Below, one piece after another: positions 1-10,601 of a DNA stretch of 64,000 nucleotides. The DNA lies in NCBI GenBank assembly GCA_965232605.1, contig CBDDQA010000003.1, positions 337,618 through 401,617 of the forward strand, read 5' to 3'. Under the pieces are notes generated by a model. The model searched no databases. It was not told the origin of the DNA and saw nothing but the letters and a program-made list of their open reading frames with translations. The stretch is from an uncultured Candidatus Binatia bacterium (GTDB taxonomy: Bacteria; Desulfobacterota; Binatia; Bin18). Position numbers and translations under genes: made by a program. Position 1 is the stretch's first letter; the number at the start of each line of letters is the position of its first letter.

Positions 1-981
1 GTTGACCAACTCGGCCACCCCGTCATGCCGGGCTTCGATAGCAGCCACGGATAAGAGCGGGTTTCTCAGCCAGTGCTGCAACAGTCGTTTGCCCATAGGC
101 GTGACCGTGGCATCCAATACGTCGATCAGCGCCTTGCCGCGGATGTCGGGGTTCGCCGGGCGCAAGAGTTCCAGACTGCGCTCGACGACCGGGCCCAGCA
201 GCATGGTTTCGCCAGTCTGGAGCCGTTTCGGCAGACCAATATGCGGCAGGCTGCCCTGCATATGCTGCTGGAGAAAGCGGAGCACCAGGGCGATGGCAAC
301 GGTGGTTTCCGGGTCCAATTCCAGGGCGCGCAAAGAGTCCAGCCCAAAAAAGGACTGGATGCACTCGACGCTATCATCGAAGGCCGCCTGCCAGTCTTCC
401 AGCGCTGTCAGACTCATCCCGGCTTGACTGTTCCTGTACGCAGCCAGGGCGGGATGCCCGGCCATACCCTTGGTGACGACAATCTCGCGCGGCGCGAGAT
501 GGGCGAGGGTATCAGCCAGGGCCGCTTCCGCCTCATTCCAGAAGTGGAACGCTCCGGTCGTTGGTTCGAGCAGCGCCAGCCCCCACTGTCGCCCGTTGGC
601 AAACATCCCCAGCAGGGTCGGACTTGCCGCGTCGGCCTCGTTTTCGACGTATGTGGAAGGGGTAATCACCCGCGTGACTGCGCGCTTGACCAGGCCCTTG
701 GCTGTTTTCGGGTCTTCGACCTGGTCGTACAGGGCCACCTTTTTCCCGGCCTTGACCAGCCGGGCGATATAGCCCTGTATGGCATGGTAAGGCACCCCGC
801 ACATGGGAATCTTGCCGTTTCCGCCGTCGCGGGCAGTCAGGGTGAGGTCGAGCAGGTTCGCGACCAGCGGCGCATCATCAAAAAATATCTCGTAGAAGTC
901 CCCCAGGCGGCACAGCACAACCGCGTCCTGATGCTGTTGCTTCACCGATAAATACTGCTGCATCAGGGGGGTGAGCGCCAT
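1..981 (-). CDS. mutS: DNA mismatch repair protein MutS, N-terminal ~327 codons; remainder of gene lies beyond the window start
   Basis: Own reverse-strand translation from ATG at comp(979..981): MALTPLMQQYLSVKQQHQDAVVLCRLGDFYEIFFDDAPLVANLLDLTLTARDGGNGKIPMCGVPYHA... (GDFYE mismatch-binding domain motif); frame stays open to position 1; missed by ORF track because no stop occurs inside the window. Confidence 0.85.
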   Translation of the reverse strand, partial: MALTPLMQQYLSVKQQHQDAVVLCRLGDFYEIFFDDAPLVANLLDLTLTARDGGNGKIPMCGVPYHAIQGYIARLVKAGKKVALYDQVEDPKTAKGLVKRAVTRVITPSTYVENEADAASPTLLGMFANGRQWGLALLEPTTGAFHFWNEAEAALADTLAHLAPREIVVTKGMAGHPALAAYRNSQAGMSLTALEDWQAAFDDSVECIQSFFGLDSLRALELDPETTVAIALVLRFLQQHMQGSLPHIGLPKRLQTGETMLLGPVVERSLELLRPANPDIRGKALIDVLDATVTPMGKRLLQHWLRNPLLSVAAIEARHDGVAELVN

Positions 982-1147
982 GCTGTTCTTCTTCGCTAAC
1001 GGGTGTCCGCAACCAGGGGCAGGCTTGTTTTCTTTTCTTATCTGCTTTCTCCCGATCCAGCCAGTCCGACGGGCGCGCCGGCGCTCCCTTGATCTCAGAT
1101 CATAAAGCTGGACAATGAGCACCAGTCCGTAACCCCAGGCAGAAAGG

Positions 1148-2311
1148 ATGTCCATCATGCCCGAGCTCGACTCAGAACAACAACAAATCCTGTCCACGCT
1201 CAACCGTTTCGTTGAGCGTGAGGTCAAGCCGGTCGCTAGTGAAATGGAGCATCGCGACGAATACCCTCACGCCCTGGTCGAACGGATGAAGGAACTCGGT
1301 TTATTCGGCGCGATTATCCCCACCGAGTATGGTGGTATGGGCCTGTCCTTTACGACCTATGCCATGATTATTGAAGAAATCTGTCGCGGCTGGATGAGCC
1401 TGACCGGCATCCTGAACTCCCACCTGCTGTTCGCCCACATCCTGGCGCTGTTTGGCACAGAGGAACAAAAACAACGCCTCCTGCCGGCTATGGCCACCGG
1501 CGAGAAACGCGGCGGCCTCGCCCTGACCGAGCCGCATGCCGGGAGTGATGTGCAGCGCATTCGGACCACGGCCAAGAAACGGGGCGACGGCTATCTGATC
1601 AACGGCTCGAAAATGTTTATTACCAATGCGCGGCACGGCAATATTCTGGCTGTCGCCGCCAAGACCGACCCCGACGCCGAACCGGCCTATACCGGCATCA
1701 GCCTGTTTGCTGCGGAGAAAGGCGCGCCGGGACTGACGGTCAGCCGGGACATCAAGAAGCTGGGCTATAAAGGTCTGGATACGTGTGAGCTCGCCTTTGA
1801 GGACTTTCCGACACCGGCCGCCTCCCTGATCGGCGGCGAAGAGGGCCTGGGGTTCAAGCAGGTCATGGGCGGTTTGGAAGTAGGCCGGATCAATGTGGCG
1901 GCCCGGGCGGTCGGCGTGGCCCAGGCTGCCTTTGAGGAAGCCATTCGCTATTCCCAACAGCGCGAGACCTTTGGCAAGCCCATCTGCGAACATCAGGCCA
2001 TTCAGCTCAAGCTGGCCGATATGGCCACCAAAATTGAAGCCTCCCGCCTCCTGGTCCGGCAGGCGGCCGAGAAGAAGGACAACGGTGAGCGGTGTGACCT
2101 GGAAGCCGGGATGGCCAAGCTGTTTGCGTCTGAGGCGTGTGAAGAAGTCGCCCTGGAAGCGATGCGCGTGCTGGGCGGGTATGGCTATACCCAGGAGTTT
2201 CCGGTCGAACGTTTTTATCGGGACGCGCCCCTCATGATTATTGGGGAAGGCACGAGCGAAATTCAGAAACTCGTAATCGCCCGTAACCTCCTGAAAAAAT
2301 ATCGAGCCTAG
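1148..2311 (+). CDS. acyl-CoA dehydrogenase family protein
   Basis: 387-aa ORF; ACAD hallmarks (ALTEPHAGSD, GxKxFITNA, C-terminal YRDAPLMIIGEGTSEIQ); GAAAGGA RBS upstream of ATG. Confidence 0.9.
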   Translation: MSIMPELDSEQQQILSTLNRFVEREVKPVASEMEHRDEYPHALVERMKELGLFGAIIPTEYGGMGLSFTTYAMIIEEICRGWMSLTGILNSHLLFAHILALFGTEEQKQRLLPAMATGEKRGGLALTEPHAGSDVQRIRTTAKKRGDGYLINGSKMFITNARHGNILAVAAKTDPDAEPAYTGISLFAAEKGAPGLTVSRDIKKLGYKGLDTCELAFEDFPTPAASLIGGEEGLGFKQVMGGLEVGRINVAARAVGVAQAAFEEAIRYSQQRETFGKPICEHQAIQLKLADMATKIEASRLLVRQAAEKKDNGERCDLEAGMAKLFASEACEEVALEAMRVLGGYGYTQEFPVERFYRDAPLMIIGEGTSEIQKLVIARNLLKKYRA

Positions 2312-2554
2312 CGTCGCCGCTTGTTTCTCGCAATTTTGTCACCCAGGTGCCACTCCAGGCCGGTCTTTCGGCTTGGCATGTCCCAGTGTTTTGTGTATGG
2401 TGATGAAAACACTCAGTTATTCGTAGTGTTCGTTATGGTCTTTCACCAACACAGCTCGGGCTCACACGCCGGCCCTTCCCTCTAATCGAACGTTACATTT
2501 TTGTGTCGAATTGCGCAGACTTCTCGGGGCACTGCCCCGAGTCGGGAGAAGCAT

Positions 2555-4627
2555 ATGTCTACCACATTGGAAAAAACTCGAAACATCGGCATCGTCGCCC
2601 ACGTCGATAGCGGCAAGACAACGGTGAGCGAACGTGTCCTATACTATACGGGTCTCTCGCACAAAATCGGCGAAGTGCACGAAGGGACGGCCGTCACCGA
2701 CTGGATGCCGCAGGAACGTGAGCGAGGCATCACCATTACGGCGGCGGCCATTACCTGCGACTGGAACGACCATCAGATCAATATCATTGATACGCCCGGC
2801 CATGTGGATTTTACCACCGAGGTGGAGCGCAGCCTGCGTGTGCTGGACGGCGCCATTGTCGTCTTCTGTGGGGTTGGTGGAGTTGAACCGCAGTCGGAGA
2901 CCGTGTGGCGGCAAGCGGACAAATACGGCGTGCCGCGTATTGTCTTTATCAACAAACTGGACCGCGTCGGTGCGGACTTTCATGGGGTGGTCGATCAGAT
3001 CAAGAATCGGTTGGGCGCGCGCCCGCTGATTCTTCAACTGCCGATCGGCGCAGAAGATGCCATGACGGGCATAATCGATCTGATTCGGCATAAGGCCCTC
3101 GTCTGGGAGGAGGACACGCTGGGGGCGCGGTTTCACGAAGAGGAAATTCCGCCCGAACTCCAAACGGACGCGGCGAAATTTTCCGAGCTGCTGGTCGAAA
3201 GCGTGGCCGATGCCGATGACGCCTTATTGGAGAAGTATCTGAGCGGTGCAGCTCTCACGCCGGAAGAAATCACGACCGCGGTGCGCCTCAAGACGCAGGC
3301 GCTCGACGTCTTTCCAGTCCTGTGCGGAACCGCGCTGCGCAATAAAGGTATCCAGCCGCTCCTGGATGCCGTGGTCAACTATCTCCCGCCGCCGGTCCGA
3401 CCGGTGGCCGGCCAAACCCTCGCCGGGAAAGAACGTACCTGGCAGGTCACGGATGACATCCTGGCCGGCCTAGCCTTCAAAACCATGCACGATCCCTACT
3501 CCGGACAACTGACTTTTGTCCGTCTGTACAGTGGCAACTTAAAGACCGGCGCCTCGATTTTTAACCCACGCACCGAACGCAGCGAGCGCATTGGCCGTCT
3601 GGTCCGCATGCACGCCGATAAGAAAGAAGACCTGGAGGGTGCCGCAGCCGGCGACATCATCGCCATCGTGGGCCTCAAGAACTTTACAACCGGCGACACC
3701 ATCGCGACAAAACATCAGTCCGTCTTGCTCGAATCGATTTCCTTCAAGGAGCCGGTTATCTCGGTCGCGATTGAGCCCAAAACCAAAATCGATTCCGAAA
3801 AGCTGGGGCTCGCCCTCCAACGCCTCTCCTCCGAAGACCCCACCCTGGTTATTCAAACCAACGCTGAGACCGGCCAGACCATTCTGTCCGGCATGGGAGA
3901 GCTGCACCTCGAAGTGATTTTGGACCGACTCGTGCGAGAGTTTAAGGTCGAAGTCAACACGGGCGCCCCCCAGGTCTCCTATCGCGAAACCATTACCCGA
4001 GGAGCAGAGGCCGAGGGGCGCTATGTCCGTCAGACGGGCGGCCGGGGTCAGTTTGGCCATGTCTTCCTCAAGATCGAGCCCAATACCAACGAGGGCTTGG
4101 TCTTTGTCAACGCCATTAAAGGCGGCGCCATTCCCCGCGAGTATATCAACTCAGTCGAAAAAGGCATTCGCGAAGCCGCAGAGAACGGCGTCATCTACGG
4201 CTACCCTCTCCTCAACACGACCGTCACCTTGTATGACGGCAACTATCACGAAGTAGACTCGTCAGAATTGGCCTTCCACATGGCGGGCTCCATGGGATTC
4301 AAAGCCGCGGTGAATAAAGCCAAGCCCGTCCTGTTGGAACCTATGATGGAAGTCGAAGTGGTCGTGCCCGAAGACTATATGGGTACGGCCATGGGCGACC
4401 TCCAGTCACGCCGCGGCAAGGTGACCGAGTTGGGCGAGCGGGCCGGAGGCCAGCGCACCGTGACCGCCCACGTCCCGCTGGCAACGATGTTCGGCTATGC
4501 CACAGCCATTCGATCACTCACCCAGGGACGGGCGACCTACACTATGGAGTTCGATCACTACGATAAGGTGCCTGCCAGCGTCCTGGACGAGGCGCTGGGT
4601 CGTAGCAAGGAACTTGAAGTCGGGTAA
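2555..4627 (+). CDS. elongation factor G paralog (EF-G2-like translational GTPase), stand-alone (not in str operon)
   Basis: ORF product [33 protein letters not shown]...DTPGHVDF...; GGGAGA RBS 6 nt before ATG 2555 (track ORF starts earlier at 2501); full five-domain length. Confidence 0.9.
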   Translation: MSTTLEKTRNIGIVAHVDSGKTTVSERVLYYTGLSHKIGEVHEGTAVTDWMPQERERGITITAAAITCDWNDHQINIIDTPGHVDFTTEVERSLRVLDGAIVVFCGVGGVEPQSETVWRQADKYGVPRIVFINKLDRVGADFHGVVDQIKNRLGARPLILQLPIGAEDAMTGIIDLIRHKALVWEEDTLGARFHEEEIPPELQTDAAKFSELLVESVADADDALLEKYLSGAALTPEEITTAVRLKTQALDVFPVLCGTALRNKGIQPLLDAVVNYLPPPVRPVAGQTLAGKERTWQVTDDILAGLAFKTMHDPYSGQLTFVRLYSGNLKTGASIFNPRTERSERIGRLVRMHADKKEDLEGAAAGDIIAIVGLKNFTTGDTIATKHQSVLLESISFKEPVISVAIEPKTKIDSEKLGLALQRLSSEDPTLVIQTNAETGQTILSGMGELHLEVILDRLVREFKVEVNTGAPQVSYRETITRGAEAEGRYVRQTGGRGQFGHVFLKIEPNTNEGLVFVNAIKGGAIPREYINSVEKGIREAAENGVIYGYPLLNTTVTLYDGNYHEVDSSELAFHMAGSMGFKAAVNKAKPVLLEPMMEVEVVVPEDYMGTAMGDLQSRRGKVTELGERAGGQRTVTAHVPLATMFGYATAIRSLTQGRATYTMEFDHYDKVPASVLDEALGRSKELEVG

Positions 4628-4706
4628 GTTATGCCGCCTTCCTGGGAAAGGTTCCGTCTCCACAGTGTTGCGAGACGATAGCCCTTCGCCTACAATCCGC
4701 CCACAT

Positions 4707-4791
4707 GCCGGAGTGGTGGAACTGGTAGACACATGGGACTTAAAATCCCATGGGGCTTTGCCCCGTGCGGGTTCGAGCCCCGCCTCCGGCA
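4707..4791 (+). tRNA. tRNA-Leu, anticodon TAA (type II, long variable arm)
   Basis: Acceptor GCCGGAG/CTCCGGC + discriminator A; D-arm GTGG..AACTGGTAG; anticodon stem TGGGA/TCCCA with loop CTTAAAA (U33, TAA, A37); variable arm GGGGCTTTGCCCC; T-arm GGGTTCGAGCCC; no encoded CCA. Confidence 0.8.
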
Positions 4792-4836
4792 TGGTAGAAA
4801 TGACTTTCCCTCCCGTTTCCGCCGCAGCCGACCTAG

Positions 4837-5705
4837 GGTGTGTCATCAGTTAGTACGCATCTCTGGTCGGCTTTCCAGTCTCGCTGCGGTATAGTTCCCG
4901 GGTCAGCACGAGAGGAGAGAGGAGCCACAATGGCGAGACGGTATGCTCTGCGGGAGGACCAGTGGGAACGGATTCAGGGGCTGTTGCCGGGCCGGGAGGG
5001 CCACGTCGGGGGCACGGCGCGAGATAACCGACTATTTGTGGAAGCGGTCTTATACCGGTATCGCGCGGGGATTCCCTGGCGCGATTTGCCGACCCGGTTT
5101 GGGGATTTTCGCGTGATCCATACGCGCCACATGCGCTGGAGTAAAAGCGGAGTCTGGGAGAAGGTTTTTAAGCATCTCGCGGCCGATGCGGATAACGAAT
5201 ATGCCATGATCGACGCTACGATTATCCGCGTCCACCAACATGCGGCGGGGGCAAAAGGGGGGACCCAGCAGCCGAATGCATCGGCCGCTCCCGAGGGGGC
5301 TTGAGCACGAAAATCCATACGACGTGCGACGCGCTCGGGAATCCGACCGGCTTCCATCTTCCGCCCGGCCACGCCTCCGACCTTGCCGGAGCGGAGGCCC
5401 TCTTACCCACTCTGCTGAAGCACGTGCACGCTTTGCTCGCCGATAAAGCCTATGCCGCCCAAGAGCGTGTCATTGCCCGCTTGGAGAAGGCGAAGGTGAC
5501 GGTGGTCATTCCCCCGAAAGCCAACCGGCTACAGCCCCGTACGTATGATAAGCACCTCTATAAAGCGCGCCATCTGATTGAAAACTTCTTCGCCAAACTC
5601 AAGCAATACCGCGCTCTCGCCACCCGCTACGACAAACGCGCCGTCAGCTTTCTCGGAGCCATCTACCTCGCCGCTTCGGTTGTCCTCCTTAACTGATGAC
5701 ACGCC
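4837..5705 (+). mobile_element. IS5-family insertion sequence (IS427/IS1031-like), 869 bp, copy 1; flanked by CTAG (4833-4836) / CTAA (5706-5709)
   Basis: Terminal inverted repeats GGTGTGTCATCAGTTA (left) and TAACTGATGACACGCC (right); internal two-frame DDE transposase; second copy at 30205..31073. Confidence 0.85.
4930..5696 (+). CDS. IS5-family transposase OrfAB (orfA 4930..5304, orfB 5301..5696; probable programmed -1 frameshift at A-AAA-GGG around 5253-5262)
   Basis: OrfA MARRYALREDQWERIQ... (GAGGAG RBS); OrfB ...HLYKARHLIENFFAKLKQYRALATRYDKRAVSFLGAIYLAA, typical DDE_Tnp_1 C-terminus; frame-shifting at caaaagggggg joins ...AAGAK to RGDPAAECIGRSRGLSTKIHTT. Confidence 0.85.
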
Positions 5706-6785
5706 CTAATATCTCGCGATGACCTGTTCGGCAAAATCCTTGTAGACTGCGCGGCTTGTCTTGAGCGGCGGCAAAAGAGAAATCTCTCGGAGCCCGGCCT
5801 GCTCGGCCTGGCGGATGGCCGCGATCAGTTCATCGGGTTCACCGACCATGCACGACCCTTTAATCGTTTTCGGCGTGATGAATTTGCGCTCCTCAGGGAC
5901 ATGGTAGGTGCAGTGCCCATCATGAATCTGAAGGTAACGTTTGGCCTGGGGCGTTTCCATGTTCTCGACCTGATCCCGATACTCCTCCCACACGTCCTGA
6001 AACGACTCGGGCACGGTGCTCTCATCCCCGGTTTGTTCGTAAATTTCATACACAAAATGCAGGGCGCAGGTGACCCAGGAGCCACACGCCTCGATCACCC
6101 GGTCCGAGGTTAAGTCTTCGCCCGGTTTCAAGACGACCGCCGTGGTCAGGGCCGTGGTATGAAAATTCTCGGGCAAGGTGCGCCCGGCTCGCTCGGCCCC
6201 GGCCTGTACCCGGCTGACGTTCGCCTGCAAGACCTCACCCTGTTCGTTAAACAGGGACACCAGCCCATCGCCAAACTCTCCCGCGGTGCGGAGAGCCAGC
6301 GGTCCATTGGCTGCAACGTAGATGGGAATCGGCTGTTCCAGGTCAATGAATTTCAGGTCCTGATGCAGGAATTTGATCGTCCGCGTCGTTCCATTCAGGG
6401 TATACTCGACCTCTCCCCCGCGCAGCAGCGTGCGGACCACGCGCAGGTATTCACGAAAATCTCTGATCTTCATAGGCTGCATGCCCATGACCCGCATGGC
6501 CGTATGACCGGTCCCCACGCCAAGGAAGGTCCGGCCAGGGGCGAGGCGGTTAATCGAGGCAATAGAGTGCGCGGTCACCGGGGCAATCCGCGTCCCCGGA
6601 ATCGCGACCCCGGTCCCGATACGCAGGCGCGAGGTGTGCTGGGCGGCCAGCGCCAGAGTGGCGTAACAGTCCGACCAGATCATCTGGGAATCAGGCACCC
6701 AGGCCGCGTCAAAGCCTAAATTCTCAATATAGGGATACAGGTCCCAGTTATCGATTTTGGTATGGGCCGTAATACTGAATTGCAT
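5706..6785 (-). CDS. luciferase-like monooxygenase (LLM) family / F420-dependent-type oxidoreductase
   Basis: Product MQFSITAHTKIDNWDLYPYIENLGFDAAWVPDSQ... TIM-barrel LLM signature; GAGGAGG RBS 6 nt upstream of ATG 6785; stop codon TAG is comp(5706..5708), i.e. inside the IS flanking CTAA. Confidence 0.8.
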   Translation of the reverse strand: MQFSITAHTKIDNWDLYPYIENLGFDAAWVPDSQMIWSDCYATLALAAQHTSRLRIGTGVAIPGTRIAPVTAHSIASINRLAPGRTFLGVGTGHTAMRVMGMQPMKIRDFREYLRVVRTLLRGGEVEYTLNGTTRTIKFLHQDLKFIDLEQPIPIYVAANGPLALRTAGEFGDGLVSLFNEQGEVLQANVSRVQAGAERAGRTLPENFHTTALTTAVVLKPGEDLTSDRVIEACGSWVTCALHFVYEIYEQTGDESTVPESFQDVWEEYRDQVENMETPQAKRYLQIHDGHCTYHVPEERKFITPKTIKGSCMVGEPDELIAAIRQAEQAGLREISLLPPLKTSRAVYKDFAEQVIARY

Positions 6786-6980
6786 GCGATGCCTCCTCGT
6801 CAGTGTGTCACCGCCTGTCTGTATCATTCGTTCCGGGCAACCGCAATTTCTCCGCCCTGCCCTTTGGTCGCCGCCTTTGACTCGCCTGGCTTCCCACTTT
6901 AAGTTGAGAGTGAGTCTGCGGGCGGTCAGCCGATATCCGACCAGATGGGACGGCTGCGGCCGGCTCTACGGCATAGGACC

Positions 6981-8234
6981 ATGTTACGTCGTTATCCTGA
7001 CACGACCGGAGAATTTTCTATCAGCCTGATTTTCTGGCTCTGCGTGGTCGGAGCCGGCCTGCTCCTCGCCGGTTGTCAGGCGAAGCGCCCTTCCCCGTTC
7101 ATGCACCAGGAGCCCGCACGAGCTGCCGTTCAGTCAGCCCCACCACCCACGCCGCAGAGAGAAGCAGCAGAAGTAGACGACCCGGAGGCAGAACTGGCCT
7201 GGGATTTTTTAGCCCGCGTCGATGAGATGGGCATCATTGCTCCGCATCCTCCGCCGACCGAGTCCGTTCCACCCGAACTGCCGCCGGCCCAGCCTGACGA
7301 CCCTCTGCCGCCCCTGCCGGCGCTCGGTCCTCCTCAGGCAGGAGCGTCCTCGGGCTGGCTCACCTGGATGCCGGGCTTGTCTCCCGACGAGACAGGTCCG
7401 AATGGCAATACGCAGTATCGGACCGAACAAGACCTTCTCAAAGCGGTCGCCGAGTTTCAGCGCGTGGCGACAAAAGACACCTACCGCTTTCCGCTCCCCA
7501 AAGATGTGACCGGAGCCAATGTCCATAAGGCGACACTCACCCGTATCAACGATTATGAAACCAGGCACCCTGGGGCCTATCCCGCCGTTATCGCCTTCAC
7601 GCGGGGGCGGGCGTATGAGGGGTTGCACGCCTATGAACAGGCCCTGGCCGCGTATCAACGCGTCGCCCAGGGCAAGAGCCGCCTCAAACAGGAAGCGCTG
7701 AAAGCCGTTGAAGCGCTGACCGCCTTTCAGGCGCTCGCTCAGCAGGCACCGACAGCCACCACCGCTCTTGAGTATGTGCAGGCGCTTGACGAGCAGGCGC
7801 GCCAGTGGCGAGACCTCGCCCAGCAGTATGACAACACATCGTACGGGACCCTGGCCCGGGAAGAAGAAGAACGGCTTGACCAGGCGAGAGTCGCCTTCTT
7901 TATCCTCAACCGCTACCGGATTGAGGATGGCAACGAGAGCGTCATCTTGGCCTATCAGCAGTTACTTGATAAACACCGGGAGAGCAAAAACCGCTATCGG
8001 TATCGGCTGGAACTCGGGGACTTCTACGTGACCCTCGCCCGCGAATATACGGCCCAGAACGACCCGGAAAGTCTCCGTTTTGATACGAACATCTTTGAAG
8101 CCCTGGGACGAGCGGCGCTCCAGCATTACGCCACGGTTGCGCAACAGGACGGCATCATGGAAAAACTTGAAGCCAAGGGCAAACTCGAAGCGCTTGAAGC
8201 CTATATGGCCAGGGTCGGACGTTTAGGCCGCTAA
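6981..8234 (+). CDS. hypothetical lipoprotein, proline-rich N-terminal region, helical (TPR-like) C-terminal half
   Basis: ORF 6945..8234; lipobox LLLAGC after hydrophobic stretch; start ambiguous (6945 or 6981). Confidence 0.55.
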   Translation: MLRRYPDTTGEFSISLIFWLCVVGAGLLLAGCQAKRPSPFMHQEPARAAVQSAPPPTPQREAAEVDDPEAELAWDFLARVDEMGIIAPHPPPTESVPPELPPAQPDDPLPPLPALGPPQAGASSGWLTWMPGLSPDETGPNGNTQYRTEQDLLKAVAEFQRVATKDTYRFPLPKDVTGANVHKATLTRINDYETRHPGAYPAVIAFTRGRAYEGLHAYEQALAAYQRVAQGKSRLKQEALKAVEALTAFQALAQQAPTATTALEYVQALDEQARQWRDLAQQYDNTSYGTLAREEEERLDQARVAFFILNRYRIEDGNESVILAYQQLLDKHRESKNRYRYRLELGDFYVTLAREYTAQNDPESLRFDTNIFEALGRAALQHYATVAQQDGIMEKLEAKGKLEALEAYMARVGRLGR

Positions 8235-8255
8235 GCGGCCCGAAAAGAAAACGCC

Positions 8256-10301
8256 ATGTGGTATCGGGTCCTCCTTCTGCTGCTGTGTTGCCAGCTCGTG
8301 TCCGCGCCGCTTCTGCACGCGCGGGATTTTGCCGACCCCCTGGCCCAGCGGGTGACGGAGTTTCTGCCGGCCTATAATCCGTTTGTGCCTCCGTTGCCCC
8401 CGGAACGCTACTTTCCAGATGCAGTCGGCAGACAGGTGGCCGACGCGATTATTGACGGCTACCTGGACGATTCGTCGGCATTACGCGGCAGAATCGGACA
8501 ACTGGCGCAGCACGACACCCAGCTCGAAACGCAGGGAGAGGAGACCACGGGCGTCACCCCCCTGGTGTATGCGCTGCTGTACCGGTCCGTAGAGCAGGAC
8601 GAGCAAGAGGAACTCCCGCTTATTGAACTGGACGCGACGCCGGATGCACTGCTCTCCCAGGCCGACCGCCTCTACGCCTCGGAAAGGCGCCACCGGGTTG
8701 GCCGGCTGTTCAATTGGGCGCTCTCGACCTTTGACGTGGCTCGGCTGTTTCTGGGCGCGCCCGCCAGCCCAAGTCCCTACGCCGCCCAAGGCGTCGTCTC
8801 TTCGGTGAGCCAGCGCTCAGGACCCAGTCCGCGCGAGCGAAAAGCCCTGGCCCTGTATCGGCGCTTCCTCGCAGAAGCCCCGGATGACCCGCGGGTCCCG
8901 GAAGTCCGAGCCAGGATGGAGGCCCTGGATACGAAACGAAAAAAGGCCGTTGTGAAAGCTGAGTTAGCCCAGGCCGAGCAGGCCTTCGCTGAAGAAGACT
9001 ACTGGAAGGCCAATTTCCATTATCAACTCGCCCTGCTGGTTGATGAAACCGCTGAAGAAGCCAGGGCTGGGGTCCGGCAAGTCGAGTCCCGCCTGCAACA
9101 CTATGACGCGCTCAACCAGTACGACCCGGAGGCTCCCCAAGACCCGCTGGCCGGCGTGAAACAGGCCGAGTGGGAGCACAGCAAAGAAACCTTGACCTAT
9201 ATGCTGCCGGGGAGCGGTTTTGTCAAAGACAATGTCGTTGTGGCCGGCCTCCAACTCGGCACGGAAGGGCTGGTTGGCGCAGCGACCTTTGGCGGGCTGA
9301 CCATGGTCCAGACCTTGGGAAAACTCTGGAAGGTCATGACCGGACGAGCCGTCTCCCAACAAGGCATTATTGCTGCGGGCGAAGAGTACTTGCAGCAGAC
9401 CCCCCCGGAGGAACGCTCCCCGGAGATCTACCCCCTCCTGGCCAAAGCCTATGCCAGGGAAGGCAAGGTGGAAAAAGCCATTGAGTACTACACCCTGGCC
9501 GGCATGGAAGAAGAGATTCCCGAGCTCCGGGAGAACGCAGCAACGGCCCTGCTCGAACAGGCCACCTCCAGTCCGCATCACACAGAGAAGCAGGCATATC
9601 TGCGTCGTCTACTGGAGCAGTATCCCAAGACTGAGGCGGCCAAAGAAGCGGCGGAGGAATTCCAGCAGCTCAGTCGGCCTGAAAACCAGGGCTTACGGCT
9701 CACGAAAAGATTTCTGCGCGACAACCCGGACCTGTTCGGCGTCCAGGGGCTCGGCCTCAAACGGGAGCTGTATGACGGCGACTGGCGGAATGTTGAACTC
9801 ACGGACGACGGCATCATCCTCTCTCCGCACGGCGACATTACCCTGCGCTTGGAGAGTGACACCGGCCCTCGCACCAAAGTGTACGGGGTGCCCACCGCGT
9901 CGTGGCAGCAGTTTTGGCGCAAGTTCCGGGAAAAGGGCTATGAAGACGCCTTCTACCGTGGGGACCGGAAAATTGCCAAATTGGTCCGAGGGGCGGAGCC
10001 CGCGGATATCACCCTCAGAAGTCAGTTTGAAAAAAATGACGCGGACGGCTGGCGCGTGCTGCCCTATCTGACCGGGAGCCTGGGAGAAGGGTTCGACGTC
10101 CGGGGGACACTGCCCAGAGATATCCTCGGGACCCGACTGGCCTTTGGCAGGGACCAGTTCAGCAGCTATGTCGGCCTTGACGTGCCCCTGCCGCTCGTGC
10201 CGGTTGACTTTCTCCTCCTCGGCCGCGACGGCCTCCCCTCACTCTACCCGCGTATTCGGCTGCCGGACCATACGGTCAAGCACGAGGAGTTGTACCGCTA
10301 G
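8256..10301 (+). CDS. hypothetical secreted protein (681 aa), helical/TPR-like repeats
   Basis: Long ORF with N-terminal signal-like segment MWYRVLLLLLCCQLVSAPLLHA; co-directional with preceding lipoprotein gene. Confidence 0.55.
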   Translation: MWYRVLLLLLCCQLVSAPLLHARDFADPLAQRVTEFLPAYNPFVPPLPPERYFPDAVGRQVADAIIDGYLDDSSALRGRIGQLAQHDTQLETQGEETTGVTPLVYALLYRSVEQDEQEELPLIELDATPDALLSQADRLYASERRHRVGRLFNWALSTFDVARLFLGAPASPSPYAAQGVVSSVSQRSGPSPRERKALALYRRFLAEAPDDPRVPEVRARMEALDTKRKKAVVKAELAQAEQAFAEEDYWKANFHYQLALLVDETAEEARAGVRQVESRLQHYDALNQYDPEAPQDPLAGVKQAEWEHSKETLTYMLPGSGFVKDNVVVAGLQLGTEGLVGAATFGGLTMVQTLGKLWKVMTGRAVSQQGIIAAGEEYLQQTPPEERSPEIYPLLAKAYAREGKVEKAIEYYTLAGMEEEIPELRENAATALLEQATSSPHHTEKQAYLRRLLEQYPKTEAAKEAAEEFQQLSRPENQGLRLTKRFLRDNPDLFGVQGLGLKRELYDGDWRNVELTDDGIILSPHGDITLRLESDTGPRTKVYGVPTASWQQFWRKFREKGYEDAFYRGDRKIAKLVRGAEPADITLRSQFEKNDADGWRVLPYLTGSLGEGFDVRGTLPRDILGTRLAFGRDQFSSYVGLDVPLPLVPVDFLLLGRDGLPSLYPRIRLPDHTVKHEELYR

Positions 10302-10332
10302 TGCGTGAGCCGGTCTTCAGAAAAGGGGCAGC

Positions 10333-10575
10333 ATGGACACTCCACAGACAGTTGAGCTAGGAGAATACACCCTCCAGGTGTTGGCCGCGATTGCGAACCC
10401 TGGGATGTCGCCCGGAGACTGGATAGCGCTCGGTATTGGTCTGTTGCAATGCGCCCTTATTGCGTGGGGCTTGCGCATGATGAAAGGCAATAACGAGGAA
10501 CGGATGAAACAGAGTAAGGCCCTAGAGACCCAAACCAAAGCCTTACAGGCACTCCTTGAACGGACAGCCAAGTAG
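10333..10575 (+). CDS. small hypothetical membrane protein (80 aa)
   Basis: ORF with AAAGGGG RBS; one predicted TM helix (WIALGIGLLQCALIAWGL) then charged coiled tail. Confidence 0.4.
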   Translation: MDTPQTVELGEYTLQVLAAIANPGMSPGDWIALGIGLLQCALIAWGLRMMKGNNEERMKQSKALETQTKALQALLERTAK

Positions 10576-10601
10576 GAGCAAATTGGGCGCTTCATATCTG
10601 G

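Noticed and set aside
73-951. 292-aa + strand ORF in track
   Set aside because: Antisense to the clearly MutS-coding reverse frame; Arg/Gly/Gln-rich low-complexity product typical of GC-rich spurious ORFs
2555-4627. EF-G-like gene as possible SelB (given selenoproteins nearby)
   Set aside because: Has the full EF-G five-domain length and [12 protein letters not shown] motifs, not the SelB architecture
4840-4929. Track N-terminal extension MSSVSTHLWSAFQSRCGIVPGSAREERGAT of transposase OrfA
   Set aside because: Overlaps the IS terminal repeat; MARRYALRE with GAGGAG RBS at 4930 is the likely start
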